Shown here: positions 9,814 through 17,056 of the stretch, piece by piece
Numbering within the stretch: position 1 is the stretch's first letter
Layout: the number at the start of each line of letters is the position of its first letter
Virus record (IMG/VR): IMGVR_UViG_3300043427_001513
Location: 5,490-69,489 of that record
Source: a virus
Reading direction: 5' to 3' (one strand)
DNA: 64,000 nucleotides
Position numbers and translations under genes: made by a program
Notes under the pieces: model-generated
Databases searched by the model: none
What the model was told of the DNA's origin: nothing
What the model saw: the letters and a program-made list of their open reading frames with translations, nothing else

Positions 9814-10204
9814 TACATACATGAAGGTTGCTCACGTATTTGCTGAAAACTCTTATTGTAAAAGAGCTCAAGTCGGTGCGTTAATTGTAAAAGACGGTAA
9901 TGTAATAGCTTTTGGTTACAACGGTACACCTAAAGGTTGGAACAATTGCTGTGAAGATGAGAATAATGTAACAAAACCTGAAGTATTACATGCTGAAAGT
10001 AATGCTATTACTAAATGCTCAGCATCTCCAAATAGTTCTTCAGGTGCAGATCTTTATTGTACTCATGCACCCTGTATAGAATGCTCTAAGCTGATTATAC
10101 AATCAGGTATAAAGAGAGTGTACTATGATATCATGTATCGTAATGATGATGGTATAAAGCTTCTTATTAAAAACAACATCCCAGTAGAACAAATAGCACC
10201 ATGA
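9800..10204 (+). CDS. dCMP deaminase
   Basis: VGALIVKD...GYNGTP, HAESNAI and PCIECSK zinc-binding motifs. ATG at 9800. Confidence 0.93.
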   Translation: MVNHNTYMKVAHVFAENSYCKRAQVGALIVKDGNVIAFGYNGTPKGWNNCCEDENNVTKPEVLHAESNAITKCSASPNSSSGADLYCTHAPCIECSKLIIQSGIKRVYYDIMYRNDDGIKLLIKNNIPVEQIAP

Positions 10205-10497
10205 CCCAAGTACAATACATTATAATTATGTCCTTTTTATCTTTTGTTACTCTTTTATCAGTAGTTCTTTTTGTCCTTTTAAATCTTAGATCATACTATA
10301 TAAAAAAGTATGATGTAAAAAATATTGGAAAAAGAGATCAAGTAGGAGATCAACAATGGAAAGACGAACAAAGACCTTACATTAAAGAACACAAAACATA
10401 TGGCAAAACTCCACACAAAGGGCCGTACAACCGTAAGAGTAGTTATAGACCCGGACGGAACACGAACACTAATGTACAAGGACCAAAAGACAAATAA
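10201..10497 (+). CDS. Small membrane protein with an N-terminal TM helix
   Basis: Hydrophobic YIIIMSFLSFVTLLSVVLFVLLNL segment; ATGA coupling to the upstream gene. Confidence 0.6.
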   Translation: MTQVQYIIIMSFLSFVTLLSVVLFVLLNLRSYYIKKYDVKNIGKRDQVGDQQWKDEQRPYIKEHKTYGKTPHKGPYNRKSSYRPGRNTNTNVQGPKDK

Positions 10498-10555
10498 ACC
10501 TGTTATCATCAAGCTAGACGATAACTACCATGTCTTTGGTAAACAACCTTTTTAA
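10400..10555 (+). CDS. Small hypothetical protein (51 aa, below the ORF-track cutoff)
   Basis: Hand-translated: MAKLHTKGRTTVRVVIDPDGTRTLMYKDQKTNKPVIIKLDDNYHVFGKQPF*. The ATG has an A-rich leader and the ORF fills the gap to the strand switch. Confidence 0.5.
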   Translation: MAKLHTKGRTTVRVVIDPDGTRTLMYKDQKTNKPVIIKLDDNYHVFGKQPF

Positions 10556-10716
10556 AGGTAATCTTCGTTGATAATGTCAATGTCAACAGCGATGAACCCC
10601 AATGCTATCTCAATCGTATCAAAGGGGTCATCTTCTGTTGCTTCAAATACTTGCCATCCAAACATGAACTTCACATGTGGCCAGTAGAGTTTTATTACTA
10701 TTCTCCAGTTATTCAT
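10552..10716 (-). CDS. Small hypothetical protein (54 aa, below the ORF-track cutoff)
   Basis: Hand-translated: MNNWRIVIKLYWPHVKFMFGWQVFEATEDDPFDTIEIALGFIAVDIDIINEDYL*. It starts 4 nt after the phoH stop. Confidence 0.7.
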   Translation of the reverse strand: MNNWRIVIKLYWPHVKFMFGWQVFEATEDDPFDTIEIALGFIAVDIDIINEDYL

Positions 10717-10720
10717 AAGT

Positions 10721-11404
10721 TTAATCTCTAAAGGTCTCGTACACTTTTAGTACAGGTTCAACAATTGGATGTCTATGATTCTGCTTTAATATACAGATTC
10801 TTACACCTTGAACTTGTTCTTCTACTCTTGTTAGAAAAGAGAAGCCGGTTTGTCTACGATCCTTTAAGTCTATCTGACTAAGATCACCACAGATTGCTAT
10901 CTTACTGTTGATACCCAATCTGCCGAGAACCATCTCCATTTGAGAATGAGTCACGTTTTGAGCTTCGTCAACTATAACAAAAGCATTTACAAATGTTCTA
11001 CCACGCATGAAAGCGAAAGGTAGAATCTCAATGTTACCTTCTTCTACTTCCTTGTCGATTTTTGCTTTGTCGTAGAGGAGGTAGAGGTTGTGGTAGATTG
11101 GTGCAAGCCAGGGGTCCATTTTCTCTTTGATATCTCCTGGGAGGAATCCGATATCTTCTTTAGCCACTGTTGGTCGCGTGATGATAATTTTCTCGACTTG
11201 CTTGGTAAATAAGAGATCAAGAGCAGTTTGAACAGCCACCAGCGTCTTTCCACTTCCTGCCATACCTCTAAGAACGGTAACAGGATTTGAAAGCATAATT
11301 TCTTTAGCTGACTTCTGTTCTTCATTTAAACTGATGTTAAACTTGATAGGATTTTTTGGTCTTCTTTTAGACAAGAAGACTTCATCGTTATGGTTTTTCT
11401 GCAT
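10721..11404 (-). CDS. phoH: PhoH-family ATPase
   Basis: GMAGSGKT Walker A, IIITRP, GFLPG, FMRGRTF, IVDEAQN, GDLSQID. Confidence 0.96.
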   Translation of the reverse strand: MQKNHNDEVFLSKRRPKNPIKFNISLNEEQKSAKEIMLSNPVTVLRGMAGSGKTLVAVQTALDLLFTKQVEKIIITRPTVAKEDIGFLPGDIKEKMDPWLAPIYHNLYLLYDKAKIDKEVEEGNIEILPFAFMRGRTFVNAFVIVDEAQNVTHSQMEMVLGRLGINSKIAICGDLSQIDLKDRRQTGFSFLTRVEEQVQGVRICILKQNHRHPIVEPVLKVYETFRD

Positions 11405-11528
11405 TGGAAGAGTTATTATCGGAAAGTCTTTTAAGAATATCTAAGTTAGATGATAGAACCTTACTAACCTTGTTAGTTACTCTAGATTGTATTTTACCTG
11501 CGATTCTTTTTTTAATAGACTTTGCCAT
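11388..11528 (-). CDS. Small basic hypothetical protein (46 aa)
   Basis: Hand-translated: MAKSIKKRIAGKIQSRVTNKVSKVLSSNLDILKRLSDNNSSNAEKP*. TAATG-coupled to the upstream small ORF. Confidence 0.5.
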   Translation of the reverse strand: MAKSIKKRIAGKIQSRVTNKVSKVLSSNLDILKRLSDNNSSNAEKP

Positions 11529-11674
11529 TACCTTCCTTGTCCTCTATAGGACTTCTTATAGTTAGTAGCATTTTTACTTGAAGACACCTTAGTTTTAGCA
11601 TGTACGCCTGGACGAGTTGTCTTTGGTGCCTTTTTAAAAGTAGACACTTGAACTTTTGGAGACTTTGCTGCCAT
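11528..11674 (-). CDS. Small highly basic protein ending in YRGQGR (48 aa)
   Basis: Hand-translated: MAAKSPKVQVSTFKKAPKTTRPGVHAKTKVSSSKNATNYKKSYRGQGR*. I recognise the C-terminal YRGQG motif from small phage proteins. Confidence 0.7.
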   Translation of the reverse strand: MAAKSPKVQVSTFKKAPKTTRPGVHAKTKVSSSKNATNYKKSYRGQGR

Positions 11675-11702
11675 GATGATTTTATTAGTGGTGAGACAAT
11701 GT

Positions 11703-11762
11703 GATTAGAAGAGCTGCGTACAGTTTACGCAGCACTCTTCTAATCTTTACTTTTTGCTTTTT
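11703..11762. terminator. Long intergenic hairpin with a T-rich tail on the + strand
   Basis: GATTAGAAGAG-CTGCGTA-cagtt-TACGCAG-ca-CTCTTCTAATC (18 bp with a 2-nt bulge), then TTTACTTTTTGCTTTTT. Confidence 0.6.
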
Positions 11763-11763
11763 A

Positions 11764-12588
11764 CTAAGCGATATCATTAGACTCTATAAGAGTGTATGTG
11801 TAATACTTAAAGCCTGCTTTGTTAGACTTTCTAGCTATTGTCATAAACTCTTCAAAATCTGCTGCACGCTTAAATACTTGACATCCTTCAGACCAGTTTT
11901 CTACAAACGTAGAATCAACACCGGCCTTGTGAATATTGATACCAAAAATTCCAGATTGAGTTTTAGCCTCATCATAAGTCATATCTCTGTTAGCATCGCG
12001 GTAAACAGTTACATTACGTGCTTGCTTAAGAGCTTCATACTTACCTTGGTGAAGACCTAAAGCATGTGACTCAATATATTGACCAGGCACCAAACGTGCT
12101 ACACCAGCCGCGTTATGATACTCTTTAACTCCCTTAGTTCCGGGATCTGTAGTATTCATCCACTCTTTATAGAACCATTCACCATTCTCTTTCCAAGAAA
12201 CAGTAATTCTATCATCAAAAGCATTAGTTACTTTCTTACCAGTATCAGAATTTCTTACACCAACAATATTAAGATGTAAGTCTTTCTCTTCAAACCACTT
12301 ATACCCTTTAGCTTTAACCGCAGCTTCAATCTTATCCTTGCTGTATTTAACAGCAACAGGTGCAGCAGCTTTTGCAGGAGCTTTTGCAGGAGCTGCCGTA
12401 GCAGTAATGCCAAGCTTAGCAAGAGTACCAGGACCCACAATACCATCAGCAGTTAGTCCATTCTTCTTTTGAAACTCTTTAACAGCTTCTTCAGTCTTAG
12501 GACCAAACTTTCCTACAGGATCAACTCCAAGTTTTACTTGGATTTGACGGATAACTTCTCCTTGATCTCCTTTTTTGTAAACAGCCAT
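11764..12588 (-). CDS. Putative endolysin: PG_binding_1 domain, Ala/Pro linker and YkuD/L,D-transpeptidase-like catalytic domain
   Basis: GKFGPKTEEAVKEFQKKNGLTADGIVGPGTLAKL peptidoglycan-binding motif; GINIHKAG...WSEGCQV His/Cys motif; adjacent to a holin-like gene. Confidence 0.8.
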   Translation of the reverse strand: MAVYKKGDQGEVIRQIQVKLGVDPVGKFGPKTEEAVKEFQKKNGLTADGIVGPGTLAKLGITATAAPAKAPAKAAAPVAVKYSKDKIEAAVKAKGYKWFEEKDLHLNIVGVRNSDTGKKVTNAFDDRITVSWKENGEWFYKEWMNTTDPGTKGVKEYHNAAGVARLVPGQYIESHALGLHQGKYEALKQARNVTVYRDANRDMTYDEAKTQSGIFGINIHKAGVDSTFVENWSEGCQVFKRAADFEEFMTIARKSNKAGFKYYTYTLIESNDIA

Positions 12589-12604
12589 GACTTATATTTT
12601 ATAA

Positions 12605-12856
12605 TTAACCTTCTTCTTCTTCAGTTTTATCTTTCTTACCGAAGATTTTTCCAGCTTCAGCAATTCCAAAAGAACCGAGAACGATAATAACAAAAGAGTT
12701 AAAAATGGTATCGCTGATTACAAGTTGATTACCCATAATACCGGTTACCACGTCTGCAATAGCAGTAATGCTCATTACAGCAAATGACAAGAAGCCAACA
12801 ATAGTCTTCTCATTCCAGTCATTGTCATCTTTAAAGATGCTCCAGAAGTTTTTCAT
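12605..12856 (-). CDS. Putative holin (two TM helices)
   Basis: 83 aa with two hydrophobic segments and a charged C-terminus, directly upstream of the endolysin. Confidence 0.65.
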   Translation of the reverse strand: MKNFWSIFKDDNDWNEKTIVGFLSFAVMSITAIADVVTGIMGNQLVISDTIFNSFVIIVLGSFGIAEAGKIFGKKDKTEEEEG

Positions 12857-12890
12857 AATTAGAATTTTATATGATTTAAAGTGTTGGCTT

Positions 12891-12910
12891 CATATAAAAT
12901 ATACGAAATT
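12891..12910 (-). promoter_or_regulatory. Putative late promoter for holin-endolysin
   Basis: The - strand reads TTTCGTATATTTTATATG, a variant of the recurring GTAWATTA motif, about 40 nt upstream of the holin ATG. Confidence 0.5.
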
Positions 12911-13332
12911 TAGTCTAGTGCATCAACTAAAGCTTTCTTTACCGCGACAGAAAACTCCGTTCTCTCAAAAGGAAGGTTATCATCCTGAAGTTGCATTAGT
13001 GTTGCAGCAACGTTTGTGTTAGCTTTTCCAACACCATGATAGACCTTAGATTCAAAAGTGATATCTACTTCTACAATAGTTTTCTTTTGCTTAAACTCAA
13101 AGGGTCCTATACGTATTCCTTGAGTTGGAGCTTTAATTTCTGTGATTACTACATATACAGGTTCAGCACCTTTGACTTTTTCAGGATCACAAAATAAGTG
13201 ACCTTGTTCTAGCATTAGATCTTCAGTCATTTGTTTAACACCAAACGTAAATTTGGCATTATCTACTCCTGCTAGATTAGCTTGAGAGGTCACACTTGCA
13301 ATGTAAAAACAGTAGGCAATAATAGGATTCAT
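12910..13332 (-). CDS. Small CsgG/TolB_N-like alpha/beta protein (140 aa)
   Basis: FTFGVKQMTEDLM helix, central beta strands and a C-terminal SVAVKKALVDAL helix mirror the layout of the CsgG-like protein in the same cassette. Fold call is an inference. Confidence 0.5.
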   Translation of the reverse strand: MNPIIAYCFYIASVTSQANLAGVDNAKFTFGVKQMTEDLMLEQGHLFCDPEKVKGAEPVYVVITEIKAPTQGIRIGPFEFKQKKTIVEVDITFESKVYHGVGKANTNVAATLMQLQDDNLPFERTEFSVAVKKALVDALD

Positions 13333-14453
13333 TGTATTGATTGGGCATTAGGGTTAGAGGAAGCGTTATGAATACCGGTTCCCATTATATAAAACCGGTT
13401 TTGATTTTCTACTGTACGTATCTGAGTTGGGAAGTACGTATTGTAGTAGTTTGTATTAGCATTAGATTCTATAGCAGTTTTCTCTGCTTGAGTAAAGACA
13501 TATTTATTATGTAGAGATCCCGTGGTATACAGCCTGTAACAGAAATAAATGTCTTCCCACTCAAACGTAGAAGTATTATCACAGTCACAGGTATAGAAGT
13601 CCCAGTCTTGTAGTGGACCCAAATCACCTTTCATAAACATCATATAGATCAAGCCAAACTCTGGTACATTGTGAAACTTCTGAGAAGTATTAACCGTTAC
13701 TCTGTAAGGTCTATTTAGAGTGTTTGAAAACATTACTTCTCCGTTTATGTTTGTATTAGCAGTGCCCTGGTTTACCCAGCTTGAACTTGCTACCCCAATC
13801 TCATTGGTTTGTAAAGACCAATTAGACTGAGAAGGTCTTCTCCATAGTAAGACTAATCCGTCTCCTCCACCATATTCTTGCATTCTAGTAATAACTGTAT
13901 ATTGTTGACCAGCAACCATGTAATAACTCCCATACTTATACGGACCTGTTCCTTTACCTCCATAAAATTCAATTACAGATGTTCCGTTAATCATTAAGTC
14001 TCCACCATCATCAGATGTAATACCAAATGAATATGTACCAGTTTCTGCAGCAACCATTGTAAAGGTTACTTCTGTAGCATAGTAATCTCCCCAACTAGGT
14101 ACAGATGCTCCGGCTGATGTAAGTGTTGTATAATTATAGAAGTTTAAAGAGCTTGTAGCATTCATATTACCACTCCACCACAAAGCAGTTGCGGCATAAG
14201 CAGTATTAAACAACTTATTCATCTCAGTTCTATTCATAGGATACTGAGCATACTGAGAGGTATTTCCGTTACCGTAGTGAGTTCTGAAAATCCTTACTGA
14301 AGTGATTCCATTAGCTGTTGTAACGTAGTGCTCTACAGTAACCGGAATACCGCTAACATCCTGTGTACCAATTGGTGTCAGAGTAATAGTTTGAGAATAC
14401 GCTCCAATTGATACCCACAGTATAAATATTTGCAACAAAATAAACTTTCTCAT
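13329..14453 (-). CDS. Secreted PA14/GLEYA-domain protein with a C-terminal dockerin-like EF-hand loop
   Basis: Signal peptide ending AYS|Q; PA14 signature GTYSFGITSDDGGDLMING...QEYGGGDGLVLLWRRP; DCDNTSTFEWED loop near the C-terminus. Confidence 0.8.
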   Translation of the reverse strand: MRKFILLQIFILWVSIGAYSQTITLTPIGTQDVSGIPVTVEHYVTTANGITSVRIFRTHYGNGNTSQYAQYPMNRTEMNKLFNTAYAATALWWSGNMNATSSLNFYNYTTLTSAGASVPSWGDYYATEVTFTMVAAETGTYSFGITSDDGGDLMINGTSVIEFYGGKGTGPYKYGSYYMVAGQQYTVITRMQEYGGGDGLVLLWRRPSQSNWSLQTNEIGVASSSWVNQGTANTNINGEVMFSNTLNRPYRVTVNTSQKFHNVPEFGLIYMMFMKGDLGPLQDWDFYTCDCDNTSTFEWEDIYFCYRLYTTGSLHNKYVFTQAEKTAIESNANTNYYNTYFPTQIRTVENQNRFYIMGTGIHNASSNPNAQSIQ

Positions 14454-15940
14454 AGCAACATCTTTGTTCCGGTTGATAACTGAAAGTTAAGAATATCCGC
14501 GTTCCATTGATAAGCACCTGAGAATGAAATACTCCACTTAAACTTGTCGGTAAGTTTGAAGTCTACATTTGCTAGAGGTACAATAAGAATTCCAGACTTG
14601 TACCATTGTCCCTCATAATAGAATATAAAAGGTGAGTATACTCCTAGAGCCATTACATTAGCAGAGACAACCTTTCCTCCTTTAAAGTTTGTAAAGCCTC
14701 CGCCCACCAGTGACCAGTTCTGGAACCAGCTTTCTCCAATTTGACCTAGAGTAAAGTTACTTCCTGCCATACCAGTAAACTTTCCAAGTTTTTGTGCAGA
14801 CAATAAAGTAACGGTGTTAAACCAGTCAGATTTAAAGTTGGTCATAAATGAGTTTGAGCCTACACCCATAAATCCTTTAGATTTATAAGAGCCATAAAAA
14901 GTAAGGTTTGCTACGTTCTCTCCTGTAGTATAGTTCAGGTTAATACCTTTAATAAAGTTCTGCTTGGTATTGACATGTGTTACAGACGTATTGAATCTGA
15001 AGTTGTCATTTTGTTTGCTGATATCATTACCATTTCTAATAACAACAAAGTCCCCTGATCCAATCAGAGAACCTCTACCAATCTTTTCCTGCTTGTTCTT
15101 GGGTTTATTACCTCCACCACCTCCTCCAGATTCACCAGAAGAGCTTTCTGATTCACCACCAGATGCCGTAGTAGTATTATCACTACTACCTGCAGTAGAA
15201 CTTGGTTCTGAACTACCTGATGAAGTACCACCTGAAGTGCTACCTCCACCAGTACCACCTACTCCACTTTCTGGTTGTCCTCCACCTGTACTTCCACCAC
15301 CTTCTGGTCTACCTGATCCTCCACCACCTGACGAGCCTGAAGAACCGCCCGAACTATTTCCGGATCCTCCGGAGTTAGAACCGTTTGAACCATTAGAACC
15401 ACCACCTCCAGAAGTAGAACCACCATTAGACCCAGAGCTACCTGAGGATGATCCACCTGAAGAGCTGCCAGAGCTGCTGCTATTGTTATTGTCATTAGAA
15501 TTACCACCAGAAGTTGACGATGAACCATTTGTGCTGCCTGTTGAAATTGAACCTGTACTTACTGAACCACCACCTAAGCTGCCAGCAATGCTTGTACTAA
15601 TAGAAACAATACCGCTAACATTATTAGCAGTGTTAGTTCCAATATTAGCATTACTGTTATTCGCATTAGACGAACCATTACCCGCACAAGGATTGCTTCC
15701 TGGAGGAAACTGGGAATTAATTTGAGCAACCCATGCTTCATATCCTCCTGATTGTAATTGTGCTGCGGTAAAACTTTGATACTGCCCAGCATAAAACATT
15801 ACTACTGTTCCACTGGTCTGAGATAAAGTTACACTATTAAGAATGCCTGTACAAGGATCCGTATAGTTATAAGTAAAGGTTTGACCACTTACAACTATAG
15901 ACCCCAGCAGGAAGACAATCCATAATAGTTTACCATTCAT
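14450..15940 (-). CDS. Secreted protein with an N-terminal Cys-pair domain, a long Gly/Ser/Asn linker and a C-terminal putative outer-membrane beta-barrel
   Basis: Signal peptide ending VSG|Q; about 190 aa of low-complexity G/S/N sequence; last ~200 aa are alternating amphipathic strands rich in aromatic residues. Confidence 0.7.
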   Translation of the reverse strand: MNGKLLWIVFLLGSIVVSGQTFTYNYTDPCTGILNSVTLSQTSGTVVMFYAGQYQSFTAAQLQSGGYEAWVAQINSQFPPGSNPCAGNGSSNANNSNANIGTNTANNVSGIVSISTSIAGSLGGGSVSTGSISTGSTNGSSSTSGGNSNDNNNSSSSGSSSGGSSSGSSGSNGGSTSGGGGSNGSNGSNSGGSGNSSGGSSGSSGGGGSGRPEGGGSTGGGQPESGVGGTGGGSTSGGTSSGSSEPSSTAGSSDNTTTASGGESESSSGESGGGGGGNKPKNKQEKIGRGSLIGSGDFVVIRNGNDISKQNDNFRFNTSVTHVNTKQNFIKGINLNYTTGENVANLTFYGSYKSKGFMGVGSNSFMTNFKSDWFNTVTLLSAQKLGKFTGMAGSNFTLGQIGESWFQNWSLVGGGFTNFKGGKVVSANVMALGVYSPFIFYYEGQWYKSGILIVPLANVDFKLTDKFKWSISFSGAYQWNADILNFQLSTGTKMLL

Positions 15941-16676
15941 ACTGGTCCATGCGTTTCATAAGGTTTACCGTAGCAACCTCTAACGCACGTTGTGTAGCAA
16001 CACCCACAGTTGACTGATCAAAGCCCATTGTAGGATTCTTAAAGAAGCCTTCACCAACTTGTGTAGAAGTTCCTTGACCAGAAGCAACAATGTATTGTGA
16101 GTTATCTACGTTGACCATTTTAATCTGGATACCGATGATAGTAGTATTAGTCTTCTCTACTTTACCCTTATTATAGGTTTCGCCGTAAGAAGTAGAGAAT
16201 TCATAGATCTCTGCGTAGACAATGTATTTAGGAAGAACTACAGAACCTACATTCAGTTTAGTTCTACCATCACCCATGTCATTGAGATCTTTCTCCCATA
16301 CATCAAGCATTTGATTAACAATAGCTTCCTTTTCTTCCGCATATAAGAATCTTTGAGTCACCTCAAAGTTCTCTACAATACGGTTAGATACACCCATACC
16401 AACTCTTTTGTCTCTGAGTTCCGGGAACATTTCCCATAGTTCTTTATTGACGTTAAGATTAGCGATTTGAATTACTTTCTTTTCTCCAGTAAATACAGGA
16501 AATGTACTCAGTGGTTGAGCTTTTTCAAACTCAGCTTGATACTGCGTTGTAGATATAGAAGATGAGCAAGAAGTTGCAACACCGCCTACAATACCAAGTC
16601 CAATTACAATAGCCGCAATGCCAATAACACTGGCAACCATTGCAATGATTTCTTCTCTTTTAGTTTGATGCTCCAT
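15930..16676 (-). CDS. CsgG/HfaB-like lipoprotein
   Basis: Hydrophobic leader and lipobox-like VATS-C; RVGMGVSNRIVE...RFLYAEEKE...YIVYAEIYEFS...IGIQIKMVNVDNSQYIVASGQG matches the CsgG-family pattern. Likely ATG at 16676. Confidence 0.75.
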   Translation of the reverse strand: MEHQTKREEIIAMVASVIGIAAIVIGLGIVGGVATSCSSSISTTQYQAEFEKAQPLSTFPVFTGEKKVIQIANLNVNKELWEMFPELRDKRVGMGVSNRIVENFEVTQRFLYAEEKEAIVNQMLDVWEKDLNDMGDGRTKLNVGSVVLPKYIVYAEIYEFSTSYGETYNKGKVEKTNTTIIGIQIKMVNVDNSQYIVASGQGTSTQVGEGFFKNPTMGFDQSTVGVATQRALEVATVNLMKRMDQYEW

Positions 16677-17052
16677 CTCTTTCAGCTTTTTCTTTCTTAA
16701 GTCTTGCAATACGCTCTGCAGTAGTCTCTTTCTTTTCTTCTACTACTGGTGCAGGTGCAGGTGCAGCTACTTCACGTACAGTTTCTTTAATAATGGTCTG
16801 TCCACCTCCAGAATTGTTCTGCTGTTGAGTATTATTATTCTCAATGTTTAGAACAATTGGTGCAGCCTGAGCTGCAGGTTGTCCCTGCTCTGCTACTTGC
16901 TCTGTCTTTACTTCAGACTCTTCTTCAACACCGAAGATCTTGTTAATATTCGTAGTAGCCCAGATACCAAATCCAGTTACAGCTGTGCCAGCTACACCTA
17001 GAATTGTTTTCTTAAGTCCTGATAGTCCACCTTCTTGTGTTTCTTCACTCAT
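16660..17052 (-). CDS. Membrane-anchored low-complexity protein (130 aa)
   Basis: N-terminal hydrophobic ILGVAGTAVTGFGIWA segment followed by a Q/N/A/P/E-rich disordered tail. Confidence 0.7.
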   Translation of the reverse strand: MSEETQEGGLSGLKKTILGVAGTAVTGFGIWATTNINKIFGVEEESEVKTEQVAEQGQPAAQAAPIVLNIENNNTQQQNNSGGGQTIIKETVREVAAPAPAPVVEEKKETTAERIARLKKEKAERDGASN

Positions 17053-17056
17053 GGTT

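Noticed and set aside
15110-15690. Curlin (CsgA/CsgB) repeats next to the CsgG-like gene
   Set aside because: The tract lacks the regular ~22-aa Q-x-G-x-x-N-x-A-x-x-x-Q periodicity and reads as a simple low-complexity linker.
14964-15725. 253-aa Pro/Glu/Leu-rich + strand ORF
   Set aside because: It is the antisense shadow of the Gly/Ser linker, whose codons give few stops on the opposite strand.
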